Assembly: GCF_021028975.2 (NCBI RefSeq)
Contig: NC_059439.1
Span: 18,848,001-18,912,000, forward strand
Origin: Sphaerodactylus townsendi
Taxonomy: Eukaryota
Length of the DNA stretch: 64,000 nucleotides
Direction of reading: 5' to 3'
Position 1 is the first letter of the stretch. Each line of letters starts with the position of its first letter. This document shows, one piece after another, positions 47,076-60,870 of this stretch. The notes below the pieces were generated by a model. That model searched no databases. It was not told the DNA's origin and was given only the letters and a program-made list of their open reading frames with translations. A program made the position numbers and the translations under genes.

Positions 47076-48000
47076 GGAGTTTGTGTGTGTGAACAACTGT
47101 TTGGATCTTTATGTCTATGGATCGGAACACACATATCCAAGCCAGTGTCTCGCATGGACACGTATTTGCGTCAGATGAGTAGGGGAAGACGTATGTCTAT
47201 CCAATGAGGATCAGTATGGCTACTTGTGAGTGGAAGGGACCGTGCAAATTTTTGTTCAGCAGCTGATTTTCCTGGGAGGCAACTTGAAGAAGAAAGTGAG
47301 GGGAGCGGGCCATACTTTGTACAACAGGTCTGCAAATGGAGGCCCTGAAGTTAAATCACTCAGGGCCAATGAGGAGACTTTCTAGCCCCCTCTAGTTCCA
47401 ACTGGGGGGTGGGGGTGTGTGAAGAAAACAGCATTGGTAAAGTTAGAATTTGACATTTCCCCCTGCCCCTTTTCTTCCCTAGGGTGGCAACTTAAGGATC
47501 AGCTACATAAGGGGATAGAAGTTGCATGAATGGAGCTCCCAGCGATGTTTTTTTACTTGACAAACTAGATTTACAGATGTGTGTCAGACTATGTCATGAG
47601 GGGGTTTAAGGCCAATCGTCAAATGATATGTGTACATACGCCAAGGAAGTGTGTGCATACGCATGTCAAAGAGGTGTGCTAAACCTACTTCCTGCCGAAA
47701 GGGTGCGTAACAGCCAAACCTGGGGGTCTGGCCTGTATATAACCACGGGGGCTACCCAGGGAGAAGTGATATTACAATATTGAATGATTGGGAAACCTGA
47801 GGATACAGCTTAGTGCCAGAGTCCGGCCCTGCGAAATGAACAGGAAATGAAGAAGGCCTTGAATAGAAGTTTAGGTGGAGCAAATAAGCGTCGGTGCGAC
47901 AGGGGACAGATTGGCAGAAGGGGCCATAAGCCAGGAATAGTAAAGCAATAGAAAGTAGGGGTGGTGGGAGAAGAAGAATCTGGACTGGTGTTGTGGTGTA

Positions 48001-48381
48001 GAGCCAGCATGGTGCAGCGGTTAAAAGCAGGTGCACTCTAATCCGGAGAACCGGGTTTGATTCCCCGCTCTGCCACTTGAGCTGTGGAGGCTTATCTAGG
48101 GAATTCAGATTAGCTTGTGTGGTAATTCCCAAATCACGCCAGCCAAAGACTTTTGGACTTAGTAGTAGATTTCCTCTCAGCCCCACCTGTACCCTTTTGG
48201 CAGGTGTTTGTTGTGAGGGGGGGAAGGGACAGGAGATTGGAAGCCCCTTTGAGTCTCCTACAAAATAGAAAGAGGGATATAAATTCTTCTCCTCCTCCTT
48301 CCTCCTCCTCCTCCTCCTCCTCCTCCTCTTCTTCTCCTCCTCCTCCTCCTCCTCTTCTTCTTCTTCTTCATCATCATCATC
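48001..48381 (+). mobile_element. Squam3-like SINE with an expanded (CCT/CTT/CAT)n tail
   Basis: Head, body and trinucleotide tail at 48285-48381. Confidence 0.8.
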
Positions 48382-48918
48382 ACCAGGTAGAACACTAGCC
48401 CTCAAGAAGGCACGGTAAGAATTCATTCGAAGCCCTGCCCAGTTACCCTAAAATGAGAAGCCTTGCTTCCGGCAGGAAGCAGAGTGAACTCACACATGAA
48501 GCACTGGTGTACACCTGTACATCTGGTAATAAGTAAGAGCCAATGCATGGTCACTTATCCAATGAAACCAGGGGCTAGTGCACGCATAAATCATGGTCTA
48601 AATGAAACGTCCAGTGGTATGTGCAATGATTGTAGTGTGAAAATTGGGGGAGCCATTTGACCTCTTCAGATGGGGCGTGAGTGTTTGCATGAGACTAACT
48701 ATGGCTGGCATCCTGATTGTCTAAAGCCAACTGGCCATGCTGGCGAAATAGATGGGAATTGTAGTCCATAACAGCTGGAGTGCCAAAGGTTTGCCACCAC
48801 TGGCCTAAAGCCACCCGGCCAGTATTGTGACCTGAGATTTGAATCTGGATTCATCAGGTCCCCAGCCACGAGGCCCCGTTGCCTGAGCACGGGGGCAGCA
48901 CAGAGCTTGAACTGCACA

Positions 48919-49296
48919 TAGGGTGGCCAGCTCTGGGTTGGAGATTTGGGGGTGGAGCTTGAGGAGAGTGGGGTTTGGCGAGGGGAGGAGCCTCAGCCAT
49001 AAAGTATAAATATAAGGCCATAAAGTATAAGGCCATAAAGTCTACCTCCCAGAGCAACCATTTTCTCCAGGGGAACGGATCTTTGTAACCTGCAGGGCCC
49101 CTTCCGCACATGCCGAATAATGCACTTTCAATCCACTTCCAATGCACTTTGCAGCTGCGCGGAATAGCAAAATCCACTTGCAATCAATTGTGAAAGTGGA
49201 TTGAAAGTGTATTATTCGACATGTATGGAAGGGGCCCTAGAGACCAATTATAATTCCAAGAGATCTCCAGCCACTACCTGGAGATTGGCAAGCCTA
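48919..49296. mobile_element. Blackjack-like hAT MITE with a nested Harbinger-like MITE (49095-49237)
   Basis: TAGGGTGGCCAG...TTGGCAAGCCTA termini; homologous to 57606-58520 and 58797-59228. Confidence 0.7.
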
Positions 49297-50164
49297 ACTA
49301 TGCTCTTATAACTTCCTTGGGACCAAACTAAAAAGTGACAGTATCCTCACGGCCATCTCAAGGATGGCCATCAAGCGTAGCTTGGCTCCTTGCTGTGTTT
49401 CTGGGGAAGCGGGCCAGGAGTTGTCTCTACCTAGAGAACAGCTGCATTGGCAACTCCAATCGGGCTGAATTAACCCTGCACGAGGAAGTGGGGAAAGTGT
49501 TACAGGAAATTGGTTGCTCCAGAGAAGGGAAAGGAAGTAAAAGGGAGGGTGGAGCCGAGATGGCTTCTAGCAGTTCTGGTTCCCTAACCGGTTGAACTTC
49601 ATGCCTACTCTGTGACGGTGCTTACTTTCCCTATCCACCCACCAACCTAATCTCAGATTCTTGCTCCCTTCTTCCTCTGGAACACCCAGCGCTGTTCCAG
49701 AACCAGTGTTTTTGCTCGGATGGGTGGTAGCAACCATTTTAATATTTACTATCGTTGGCATCTCTGATTCCACAATCTACATATGTAGCAAGTTAGCAGG
49801 AGGTGTCTGCTTCTGTCCTCAAAGCACCCGATCCCGTGCGTCCTTGCTGGGAGTGTGCCTTCTCTGCCACCATCCCCTTCCCCAATGCAGTCCTTCCGTG
49901 CTGGAAAAAGTAGGAGGTCCTGTGCCCCTTGCCAGCTAAACACTGGCTCAAAATTCAGTCTCTGCCCATAGACTACCATCTTTTCCCCAACATACTCAGG
50001 GATTGAATTGCCACAAAGTCCCTCTGCCTTCCATCTCCACCCATGTTCTTGGAACCACCCGTTCCAGTTCCAACCTACCCACCACCCCCACTGATAGATT
50101 CCCTGTGTTCCGCCGCCATTTCTTCACGCTCCTCCCAGAGAATCCAGTTCTGTGTTGCATTGGA

Positions 50165-50390
50165 CAGGCCAGCGTGGTGTAGAGATTAAGAGCAGTGGAC
50201 TCTTCTCTGGTGAACTGGATTTGTTTCCCTACTCCTCCACATGGAACCTCCTGGGTGACCGTGGGCCAGTCATAGTTCTCTCAGAACTCACCCAGCCCCA
50301 CGTACCTCACCAGGGGCCTCTTATAGGGAGAGGAAGGGAAGGTTCTTAAAGGAAAAGAAAAGCAGGGTATAAAAACCAACTCTTCTTTAT
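50165..50390 (+). mobile_element. Degenerate Squam3-like SINE
   Basis: GGCCAGCGTGGTGTAGAGATTAAGAGC head; family body. Confidence 0.7.
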
Positions 50391-50881
50391 AAATGTATTT
50401 AATTTAAAAAGTTAGGTAAACTTATTTTCTCTTCTATCTGCTATACTTTGTAGTTTATATAAGAGACAATAACTTTGTTTTCTCTCTGAAAATGTGAGCT
50501 ATTATTGGAAAGAAAAAAAGTAAATAACTCTTTTTTTACTTTGATTATTTCCTCCCCTCCGAATATCTCAGATTCTCTTAATTTATTTTTCCTTATTGAA
50601 AAGAGATTGTTCTAAGATTAAAAGAAAATTAGAAATAAGTAAAATATAGCTTATTTGTTATAAAAGTAACGTTTAGAGTTATAATTACTATTTTCTTGAA
50701 AAATATGGTTTTTCTATGATATACAAATATTACATATTTGTAATCAAATTTAATAAAAATATTTTAAAATACACCAACCTCCTCTTCTTATGCGCAGGAC
50801 CAGGGGCTGATCTCCCCTCACCACTTCCTGTTCCTTTCTGAGGCGTCCCCGGAGGGGCCCTCCCCACCCTAAAACCTTGAA

Positions 50882-51133
50882 ATGATGACAGATGCTAAGC
50901 GGATGCCGACCATCAATCTATATTGCAACCGACGAAGCTCGGCCTCACGTAAGTCGACGACGCCAAAATCCTCGAGCAGCCCAGCGGTCAAATAGATGCT
51001 GAACGAACGCGAGAGGTTGCTGGAGACGCTGCGCGACACGCAGGAAAGCTTGGCGACCTCGCAGCTCCGCCTGCGGGAGCTGGGCCACGAAAAGGAGTCT
51101 CTCCAGCGCCAGCTGAACATCGCCCTGCCTCAG
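50882..51133 (+). CDS. PPFIA3: Liprin-alpha-3 first coding exon; 3' half intact, 5' half disrupted in this sequence
   Basis: [46 protein letters not shown] ending at CAG|GTCAGG is a typical liprin-alpha coiled coil, and synteny with LIN7B indicates PPFIA3. Upstream ATGATG...ATGCCGACCATCAAT (MM..MPTIN) is recognisable, but TAG at 50993-50995 interrupts the frame. The next exon is not in the window. Confidence 0.88.
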
Positions 51134-51284
51134 GTCAGGATTGGGGACGGTGGGGAGGGGCTGGCAAGTGTTGGGGCTTCCAGGTGTGGCCTTGGAAACT
51201 CGGATAGCTGGGATGGATCTGGGAGGGCAGTTTGGGTTGTGTGGAGATCTCGCCTTCCAGAGGAGCTTGGGCTGTTCTGAGAGA

Positions 51285-51872
51285 TGCTGCGTGGTGTAGT
51301 GGTTAAGAGAAGGTGGATTCTAATCTGGAGAACTGGGTTTGATTCCCCACTCCTCCACCTTTGTGGCTGAGGCTTATCTGGTGAACCAGATGTGTTTCTG
51401 CATGCCTACATTCCGGCTGGGTGACTTTGGGCTAGTCACAGTTCTTTTGCACTCTCTCAGCCCACCTACCTCCTAAGGCACAGGTGTCAAACTCGCGGCC
51501 CTCCAGATGTTATAGACTACAATTCCCATCATCCCCTGCCAGCATGATGCTGGCAGGGGCTGATGGGAACTGTAGTCCATAACATCTGGAGGGCCGTGAG
51601 TTTCCACTAATTTATAAACCGTTATAGCGAGCCTTGAGCACTCCAGATGTGAGGGACTGGCTATTCCGATTAGCCCTTGGCAGTATGGCTAACTGGCCAT
51701 GCTGGTGAGTAGCTGATGGGAATGGTAGTCCATAGATCTGGAGTGCCAAAGGTTCGCTATCCACTGTCCCAAGGTAGTCTGTTGTGGGGAAAGGAAGGAA
51801 AAGGAGCTTGTAAGTTACCTTGATTCTCATTAGAGGAGAGGAAGGTGGGGTGGCACCTAAATCTGTTCTTCT
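51285..51872 (+). mobile_element. Squam3-like SINE interrupted by two adjacent hAT MITEs (~51479-51767)
   Basis: SINE halves rejoin across TCCTAAGG/TCCCAAGG; two foldback MITEs lie between them. Confidence 0.78.
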
Positions 51873-52344
51873 TTCTCTGGCACAGCTTTTAGAACTCACT
51901 GGAGGAAATACTGCAAGCCAGCCTTGCTCTTCAATGGGTGCTGGTTTGTTCCATCTGCAGTATCACATGTGGCTTGCAACAAGATAGGAAAAGGGAGGGC
52001 TAGAGAGAAGCAGTCACAATGGCTGTGTCCTGCTGTACTTAAACACATGCGCAGAGGGGAAAATGGGGAAAGGCAAAGGTTCAGGGCAGTGGTAACAGCG
52101 GGCAGAGAAGGAGCAAGTGTGTAGAGCTTGTCCCCACCTGTTCCAACTCTGCCAACTGCTATAATCAGGACAGGTTTTCATGTCCCTGTGTAGATGTGGC
52201 CCTCAACTACTGGTTGGTATATTTGCGTCCTGGGATTGTTTCCCACCCCTCACCCTGGGGCAAATGTGTAATAGGCGGGGTTATTATTATCCTACAGGAG
52301 AAGAGATTTCCCCATGGCATCAGCAACACAGGTGCAATCAACCA

Positions 52345-52758
52345 AAATGGTAAAAGGTCTGGAATCCATGCCCTATGAGGAGAGACCTAGGGAGTATGTT
52401 TAGTTTGGTGGAGAGGTTAAGAGGTGACATGATAGCCATGTTTAGATATTTGAAGGGATGTCATGTTGGTAAAGGAGCAAGCTTGTTTTCTGCAGCTCCA
52501 GAGACTAGGACCAGGAGTAATGGGTTCAAGGTGAAGGAAAAGAGATTCCACCTAAACATCAGGAAAAACTTCCTGACAGTAAGGGCTATTCGACAATGGA
52601 CTGCACCACCTTGGAGTGTGGTGGAGTCTCCTTCTTGGGAGGTTTTTAGAGAGAGGCTGGATGGCCATCTGATAGGAGTGCTTTGATTATGTGTTCCTGC
52701 ATTGCAGGGGGTTGGAATTGATGGCCCTTGGGGTCTCGTCCAACTCTGTGATTCTATG
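52345..52758 (+). mobile_element. CR1 LINE 3' fragment
   Basis: ERLRGDMIAMFRYLKG...RTRSNGFKVKEKRFHLNIRKNFLTVRA...VVESPSWEVFRERLDGHL; tail TGATTCTATG. Confidence 0.92.
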
Positions 52759-53441
52759 GTTCTAACCCCTTTCGAGAACAGGCTTGAAATTATATTGAAG
52801 ATGTCATGATCGGATCTGTATGAGTCTCCCGTGCCTGCTTGAGAGGTTGTGAATTTCAATGAGAGACGAATGGTCATCTTGTTCGGCATAGCTGTGGTCA
52901 TTTTTGGCACCAAAGCATAGATGGGACTGTATCGAACCAGGTCATCGGAGTGTTAACCTCAACTGCAACTTTAATTGGTTCTCACTTCTGCTGGTCGGCA
53001 CCCTTCATGATTTCATGCTCACCAATGTGAGAAGAAACCTTACTACTCACAAAATTGCAAGTTTTGATATCCTTTAGACACCGGCAACTTAGAAGTTGAG
53101 ATATATGCTATTGACACAGGCCGTGGAATTGGAGAGAAAGTGCCATTGGATTAGGAAATGGAATCTTGTATGTCTTTTGGAATTGAAACGTCATCTAGGG
53201 GGATAATGGACTTAATAGAGAGCCTTGCAGGGCCCCCAAGACAGACCTGTTCCGCCAGACGTTTGGCCAACCTGGTTAAAAAAAAAACATCTACCATGTC
53301 ATCTGGCCTCCCGTGGGCACAAGGGGGGGGGAGGGGAGTAGTCAGATGACATTCACATTTTAAAATGGGTTCTGTTTTTATATAATTGATATTAAGTTAT
53401 GTTTTAATGTTTGTTTTAACCTGTTGTGAACCGCCCTGAGC

Positions 53442-53604
53442 NNNNNNNNNNNNNNNNNNNNNNNNNNNNNNNNNNNNNNNNNNNNNNNNNNNNNNNNNNN
53501 NNNNNNNNNNNNNNNNNNNNNNNNNNNNNNNNNNNNNNNNNNNNNNNNNNNNNNNNNNNNNNNNNNNNNNNNNNNNNNNNNNNNNNNNNNNNNNNNNNNN
53601 NNNN
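53442..53604. other. Assembly gap (at an L2-type tail)
   Basis: Run of N. Confidence 1.
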
Positions 53605-54480
53605 CACAGAGGCCCTTTCCGCACATGCAGAATAATGCACTTTTAATCCACTTTCAATGCACTTTGAAGATAACAAAATCCACCTGCAAACAATGGTGAA
53701 AGTGGATTGAAAGTGCATTATTCTGCACCTGTGGGAGGGGCCAGAGTCAGGGGGAAGAGCTAGGCACAGAAATCCCAATTAGAGGACATGGTCGGGCAGG
53801 GTAGGAAACACTGCAGCTGAATTGCTGCAAAGCTCTTGTCTTGCATAGATTGTACACCTTGCGAGATGGTGAACTGCTCCAAGCCTCAGACATGGGAGAT
53901 ACGCTACTTTTCTTTTGCAGTCCATTCTCGAACAAGCTAGGTTTTTGTAGTGTATTCAAGAAGTATATGCTGACATGCAAAACATGTCAGAAGCAGAACC
54001 TCAGAAGCAGAACCTGTACTTCTATGATAATAGTTGGCAGTGGCGTAGTGCCAAGGGGGCAAGGGACTGCGCAACGCACCAGGTGTGCGCCAGGGTGGTG
54101 GCATTCCAGGGCGTGGCAGGGGTGCATGGCGGAAGCGTGCCTGGGGCACAGTTCCCCCTCGATCCAGCCTTGGTATTTGGTGACTGTCATGGGCACCTAT
54201 GCAATTGGGGAATCATTTTAAAGGTGTTTGAAACTGGTGATCTTAAGGAGAATTTGTATTTATTTTACACATCTAAATAGCACATACATAAAAAGATTAC
54301 AAAAGATCCCGATCTAGTCCCGCCTCCCCCCACTAATAATAATACTAAATGAAAAGAAAAGAAAAAAAATACACACGCAAAAAACACAGACTTCTAACTA
54401 CCTCACTAAGGATCCAACTCTGTGCTTATAATTAATATCTAATTTTTTTTTTACTTTTAGTCCTTCTTATAAAGTTACAA

Positions 54481-54756
54481 AGCACCTGGTCTGCTAAGGC
54501 ATTTGCAATCTCTGATCAAGGAGGATCAAGATTGGTAGCCATAGATCGACTTCTTCTCCATAAATCTGTCCAAGCCCCTTTTAAAGCTGTCCAGGTGAGT
54601 GGCCATCACCACCTCCTGCAGCAGCATATTCCAAACACCAATCACGCGTTGCGTGAAGAAATGTTTCCTTTTATTAGCCCTAATTCTTCCCCCCAGCATT
54701 TTCAATGGATGCACCTTGATTTTAGTATTGTGAGAAAGAGATAAAAATTTCTCTCT
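54481..54756 (-). mobile_element. CR1 LINE 3' fragment
   Basis: RKHFFTQRVIGVWNML..EVVMATHLDSFKRGLDRFM; closely similar to 46585-46860. Confidence 0.88.
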
Positions 54757-55919
54757 TAGAAGATGCCTGGTTTTTGCTAACGGGTTTGGGCCAGAGGGAC
54801 CTCCATGGAAAAGACCTTGTCCCCTTCCCCTGCCTTATGTTGACAGAACCCAAGGCTTCAACTGGTAGTAATATTTTCCTAGCAACTGCCAGAGGGTATT
54901 TGTTTCTTAAAGCTACAGTTGCTGCTTATATTATTTAAAGGGGTATTTTTTTAATATCAGATTTTTCTGAACACCCGTGTCTTTTCTCAGGCTTGAAGAA
55001 ATATCCGGTTTATCTATGACTGCAGTCTTCGGCTTTAAGTATCCACAGATTTGACCATGTTGAGAATTAGACATTGATAATACAACCATTTAAATTACCA
55101 GGGTACTTCTGAGTGTGTTGGGTTGTTTTTCTGCAGTACTTGAAGTTTTGTTTTAGGGATTAGGATTAAAAAATGATATGCCCCATTCCATGATCTCCTT
55201 CAGCTGCACATCTTAACTGAGCATTGCCTATAAAACCTGTCCATCTGTACTATCATGGATATCATCATCATGGTCAAGTTGTGTTGCATTTTGAAGATGA
55301 AACAGTGTAATCTTGTAACAATAATGATGAAATAATTCCAATTTCTAAAGAAGATACCCATTTTCTCGTAACATGGTACAGGTGCCATGCTCAGAAGAGC
55401 CACAAGTGGCATGTCACAGAGCCACACAGACCTTTTCCACACATGCAGAATAATGCACTTTCAATGCACTTTGCAGCTGCATCTTACTGCACGGAATAGC
55501 ACTTTGCAGCTGCATTTTACTGTGCAGAATAGCAAAATCCACTTGCAAACAATTGTGAAAGTGGGTTGAAAGTGCCTTATTCTGCATGTGCGGAAGAGAC
55601 CTGAGACTCAGCACTGTAGGGTTAAGGAGGGTGTTTCTGCCTACATCCCCATCTAATCTGTGAAACCCTGCATGAGTCTGCATACCCACTCATGTCTGTT
55701 TTAGCACCTCTGGAAACAAAGCAGTGTTTAGTCTGAGGTTATTAATAAGATCCATTGTGATGTCTTATGTGGGTTAAAAGACTGAGGCAATATGCCGGAA
55801 GGCTGCAGAGTCACAAACGGATTTGAAAAAGGGAACATGGAGCACTTGCAGTTTACTCAGTCTGAGTCAGGAGGTGGAGGTGACTAACCTTTATAAGGTA
55901 AGAGAGAGAGAGATCCCAT

Positions 55920-56338
55920 CAGAGGTGGGATCCAGCAGGTTCTCACAGGTTCCCGAGAGTAGGTTACTAATTATTTGTGTGTGCCGAGAGGGGGTTACTA
56001 ATTGGTGATTTTGCCACGTGATTTTTGCCTTAGTTACGCCCCTCCTCTCAGCAGTAGTACACAGAACTTGAAGCAGTCTAGCAGGAGGTGCACCGGTGTG
56101 CATGGCAGCCTGCACCTCCGTGCATTGGTTTCCCCGCCTTAAGGACTCAGCAAAGCAAAGAAATGCTGCTGTTACGGGCCTTGCCACAGCCCTGAAGTCC
56201 CAGCAATGCGTTCTGCCCTGGAATGCCCGCCACTGCCCCATCACTGCCGTTCCTGGTCCAGCCCCATTGGCGCTACGCCACTGTTTGAATCCCACCACCG
56301 TGGGAACCTGTTACTAAAAATTTTGGATCCCGCCACTG
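55920..56338 (-). mobile_element. hAT non-autonomous element (family of 20667)
   Basis: Perfect TSD GATCCCAT; TIRs. Confidence 0.9.
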
Positions 56339-57605
56339 GATCCCATCCACTTTCAATCTTAGGGTGTCCCCTCCCCCCCCAATCTTCAATTCTGGATTAA
56401 GCCGACAAAGAAAAGTAGGACAGGAAAACTGGAGGGTCGTATTTATGTCCTGGCCTACTGTCTAATATGGAACCCAATTGTTTGATTTGAATGTTGTCGA
56501 TGTCAGGTTGGTTCCCCCACCCTCCCCACTCCTGCTTCCAATTAAGTTCCAAACCCGGCCTGTGAAGAGAAGAGCCTGGGAAACGTGTTGGCAGTTTTTG
56601 CTAAGAATACCTTTGAGACAATCTGGATAGCTGGGGCGATAGTACTGAAGTGCGAGTTTGGATGCGTGATTTAAATTGCTGCTTATCAAACTGTACAATT
56701 AAAAAAAAAACACGCAAGCAAAATAAGTTAAGGTCTCCACGTTTATTTCTGGACGGACTTCTTTATATATGCTTACACATAGTTATACAAATGCACGGAA
56801 GCGTTTCACATTAATTCTCCTGCTGTTTGATTCTTACGGGACAGGGCTGAGGGTTTTGCAGGGCGAGGGAAGATAATTGAATATGGCAAACTTTTGCTGG
56901 CTAACTTATTTTCAAAGGGTGGTTCATTACTGGACCGTCCTCCCGGCCCCGAGACAGATCTACAGTGATTGGATCCAAAGTGAGATGCGTAAATAGCACG
57001 GGGTAAGAGGGGCAGTTGTCCCAGGCATAGCCTGAAAGAAAATACAGGTGCTGTTCGTTTGGAGGAGACTTGGTGGCTCCACGGCACCGTGGCACACCCA
57101 AATGTAAACATAGATGAATCAGAAGGGGGTCAGGAATGGGGCGCCACTCCCTTGAGGGCGCCCTGAAAGGGTTACAGGAGAGCTGGGTCGAGCGGGAGGT
57201 GATGTTGTGACTTTGGTGGCCTGATGGGAGTGAATCTCCCTGACTGCCGGTGGTATCGTTCGTAACATTGGCTCTTGGGTTACCTACCCCACAGTCTGGT
57301 TATGCTGCTTCCTAACGTGAGCAAATCGTATTCTGTTCCCAACTGTACTTTGTAGATTGCTGAGAATTCTCTCCTGCCAGATGATGGGTTTGGCACGAAA
57401 CTCAATACTGCGCCGCTACGCCAGGCCCGAATAGCAAAAGGCAGGCCAACAAAGGGAAGTGCAAAAAGATATCTGTGAACCTGAGCTTGCTCGCAACAAA
57501 GTCAAAGTCAGCCATAACAAATGTAAAATGTCATGGAGGCTGTATAAAGACAAGAGAGATCTGGCTGGGGAATCGCTGGGGGAATCTGAAGTTACAGAAG
57601 TTGAT

Positions 57606-58520
57606 TAGGGTTGCCAGGTGCCCCCGACCACTGGCGGGAAATGGGGGATTAGGGTTGACAGGTCCATGTTGGGACACTCCTGGAGATTTGAGGATGGAGC
57701 GAAGGTCAGGGACCTCAGTGGGAAATAATGCCATAGAGTCCCTCCAGAGGCGGAACTACAAGGTGGCTGGGGTGCATGTGTTGCACCGGGCGTGTGCGGG
57801 GAGGGGGGGGGCGGCAGCAAACATATCAGTTTTGTTTTTTGTTTTTTAGTGTTTTTTAGTTTTTGGCCTGCAGGGGGCTCAGTTTTTAGGCTAGCAGCAC
57901 CAAAATTTCAGGGAGTTCTAGGGGGACTCTCCTGATGATACCACCCAAGTTAGCTGAGGTTTGGTTCAGGGGGTCCAAAGATATGGACTCCCAAAGGGGG
58001 TTCCCCATCCCCCATTGTTTCCAGTGGGAGCTAATAGGAGATGGGCGCTATACTTTTGAGAGTCCATAACTTTGGACTCTCAAAACCAAACTTCACCAAA
58101 CCTGACTGGTATCATCAGGAGAGTCTCCTAAAAATACCCTGACATTTTGCTGCTGCTCGCCTAAAAACCATGCCCCCTGCAGGCCAAAAACTGAAAAAAC
58201 ACAAAAAACACAAATTTTGCACCGGGCTCCATTTTCCCTAGCTCAGGGGTAGGGAACCTGCGGCTCTCCAGATGTTCAGGAACTACAATTCCCATCAGCC
58301 CCTACCAGCATGGCCAATTGGCCATGCTGACAGAGGCTGATGGGAATTGTAGTTCCTGAACATCTGGAGAGCCGCAGGTTCCCTACCCCTGCCCTAGCTA
58401 CACCTCTGAGTCCCTCCTCCAAAAGCATCCATTTCCCCTCTAGGAACTGATCTCTGTAGTTTGGAGATGAACAGTGATTCCAGGGAATCCCCTGGTCCCA
58501 CCTGGAGGCTGGCATCCCTA
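57606..58520. mobile_element. Three-level nest: Blackjack-like MITE > Tip100-like MITE (57745-58408) > foldback hAT MITE (58244-58391)
   Basis: Perfect TSDs AGTCCCTC and CCCTAGCT; outer termini TAGGGTTGCCAG / CTGGCATCCCTA. Confidence 0.88.
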
Positions 58521-58796
58521 AGTTGGATATGGACATGGAATTGAAGATTTGGTCTATCCACCCAGCCAAACGAGACAACGAAATGGACAGTTCCACTTCA
58601 AATGGATAGGGGGACTGTCGTGTGCCTTGAAAGCTCCACTCCCTAAAAACCCACTTGTCTGCTGGGAGGCTTTTCTTCAGGAAGCATGAAAAATGGTGCC
58701 ACTGACCTTCAGACTGAAATGGCATAGTTTGCTCTGTTAGTACATTATTCTGCTGTATACGTGTCACTGTAGTGCTAGGGTACAAAGGAGTCTGGC

Positions 58797-59228
58797 TAGG
58801 GTCCCCAACCTAAAGAGAGATCCTGGACTTCTCCCACAACTACATGTGATCTCCAGAGATCCGTTTCCCTGGAGAAAATGGCAGCATTGGAGGAAGACTC
58901 TATGGCACAGATGTCAAACTCGCCCCTCCAGATGTTATGGACCACAGTTTCCATCATCTCCTGCCAGCATGATGCCTATGGCAGGGATATCAAACTCACG
59001 GCCCTCCAGATGTTCGTAACGACAATTCCCATCAGTCCTTCCCAACATGAACATTGGCTATACTGGCAAGGGCTGATGGGAATTGTAGTTCATGAACATC
59101 TGGAGGGCTGCGAGTTTGACACCTGTGCTCTATGGCATCAGTTCCCTACTGAGTTCTCCTCCCTCCTTAAACTAGGCACTGCCACCAAATCTTCAAGAAT
59201 TTCCCGATCCATAGTTGGCAACCCAGCT
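58797..59228. mobile_element. Blackjack-like MITE with nested foldback hAT MITE(s) (~58906-59127)
   Basis: TSD CTCTATGG flanks the insert. Confidence 0.72.
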
Positions 59229-59364
59229 AGGAATTGTGTCATTTCCAAGAAGAGGAGGAGGAGTTTCATTTCATTTTCCATTTTTGGATTCATACTGGTT
59301 TTTCTCAACTATAAGGAGATATCCGTGAACTTGAGATATCCGTGAGCCAAAGGTAAAGTCGCCT

Positions 59365-59676
59365 TCTTTGGAGGTTTTTAAACAGAGGCTAAATGACCGT
59401 CTGTCAGGAGTGCTTTGATTGTGTGTTCCTGCATGGCAGGGGGTTGGACTTGATGGCCCTCGGGGTCTCTTCCAACTCTATGATTCGATGTTTCAAATAG
59501 GTTTGCAAACGCCTTCCCTTCCCCTCCCCACAATAGGCACTTTTTGAGGTGATGGGGGCTGAGAGAGTTCAGAGAGAACTGTGACTAGCCCAAGGTCACC
59601 CAGCAGGCTTCATGTGTAGGAGTGGGGAATCAAACCTGGTTCTCCAGATTAGAGTCCACCACTCTTAACCATTACT
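59365..59676. mobile_element. CR1 3' tail (+) adjoining a Squam3-like SINE fragment (-)
   Basis: Matches to other copies in the window. Confidence 0.7.
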
Positions 59677-59789
59677 GAAAAAAGTCAGGGAGAAAGCTAA
59701 ATTTAAAAAAATGGATAGGGTTGCCAAGTCACCCATGAACTGATTTGATAAGTGTAAATTTGCATCAATTACTCAATTATTGATTAAAC

Positions 59790-60570
59790 TGTTAGAGCAG
59801 CTTTCTTTTGAGGAAAGGCTAAAGAGTCTGGGGTTTTTCCTGCTTTGATAATGACGGGTAAAGGGGGACGTGATAGAGGTTTTTTAAAGATTATCCATAA
59901 ATGGAGAAAGTAGATAAAGAGAACCGTTTCTCTTTCTCTCCAAGTACTAGAACCTGGGGGCTCCTGATCAAGTTAATGGCAATAACTTCAGGACGGACAG
60001 AAGGAAATACTTATTTCCTCTCGGAGTAATTAAAGTGTAGAATTTACTGCCAATGGACATAGTGATGGCCATGAGAATAAATGGTTTTAAAGGGATAGAT
60101 TTAGATAGATTTGTGGAGGGGAGATCCGTCAATGGCTAATAGCCATGGTGACTAAATGGAACCACCATATTTAGATATAGTAATCTTGTAAATATCCATC
60201 TTGGGAGGCAACTCCAGGGGAAGGCCTCTATGCCCCGTTCATTGACCATCCAGGGCTATTGGCTAGCCATTATGTGATACAAGATGGTGGACTAGGTGGA
60301 ATCATAGAATCATGTCGTTGGAAGAGACTACAAGGGCCATCCAATCCAATCCCCTGTCATGCAGAAACACACAATCAAAGTACTCCCAACAGATGGCCAG
60401 CCAACCTTGGTTTAAAAATGAGATTCCACCACCATCCAAGGCAGCGTATTCCATGGCTGTACAGCCCTTACCATCTGGAAGAGAGGTGGAATCTCTTTTT
60501 CCATAATTTGAATCCATTACTCCCTGTCCTAGCCTCTGGAGCAGCTGAAACAAGTTTGCTCCATTTTCCA
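59790..60570. mobile_element. Two decayed CR1 fragments (+ 59790-60300, - 60300-60570)
   Basis: CR1 ORF2-end and 3' UTR similarity; ATCATAGAATCAT tail on the minus strand. Confidence 0.75.
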
Positions 60571-60870
60571 CATGACGTCCCTCCAAATATTTTGACAGTT
60601 GGTCTGATCCAGCAGGGCTCTTTTTATATTGTTACTTTGGCTTGTTCCTTAGTTGATAGACAAACAGGATGGACAATGTTTGATTTAATCATAGGTGAGA
60701 TCTAGGTGTTGTCAAATTGCTTGAAACCGGTGACCACAATGCCCTCAAATTAAACAGGAGGAAAATTGCCCAGAAAGTCCAATACAGTCATTTAATTTCA
60801 AAAGGAGAAGTTCCTCAAGTGTTTTTCTGTTACTCCTTTTGCCCCACTCTAAAAATAATGGAAGTTGTAG

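Noticed and set aside
47752-48426. 224-aa ORF with poly-D/E/R tracts
   Set aside because: Translation of a SINE trinucleotide tail and body on the minus strand
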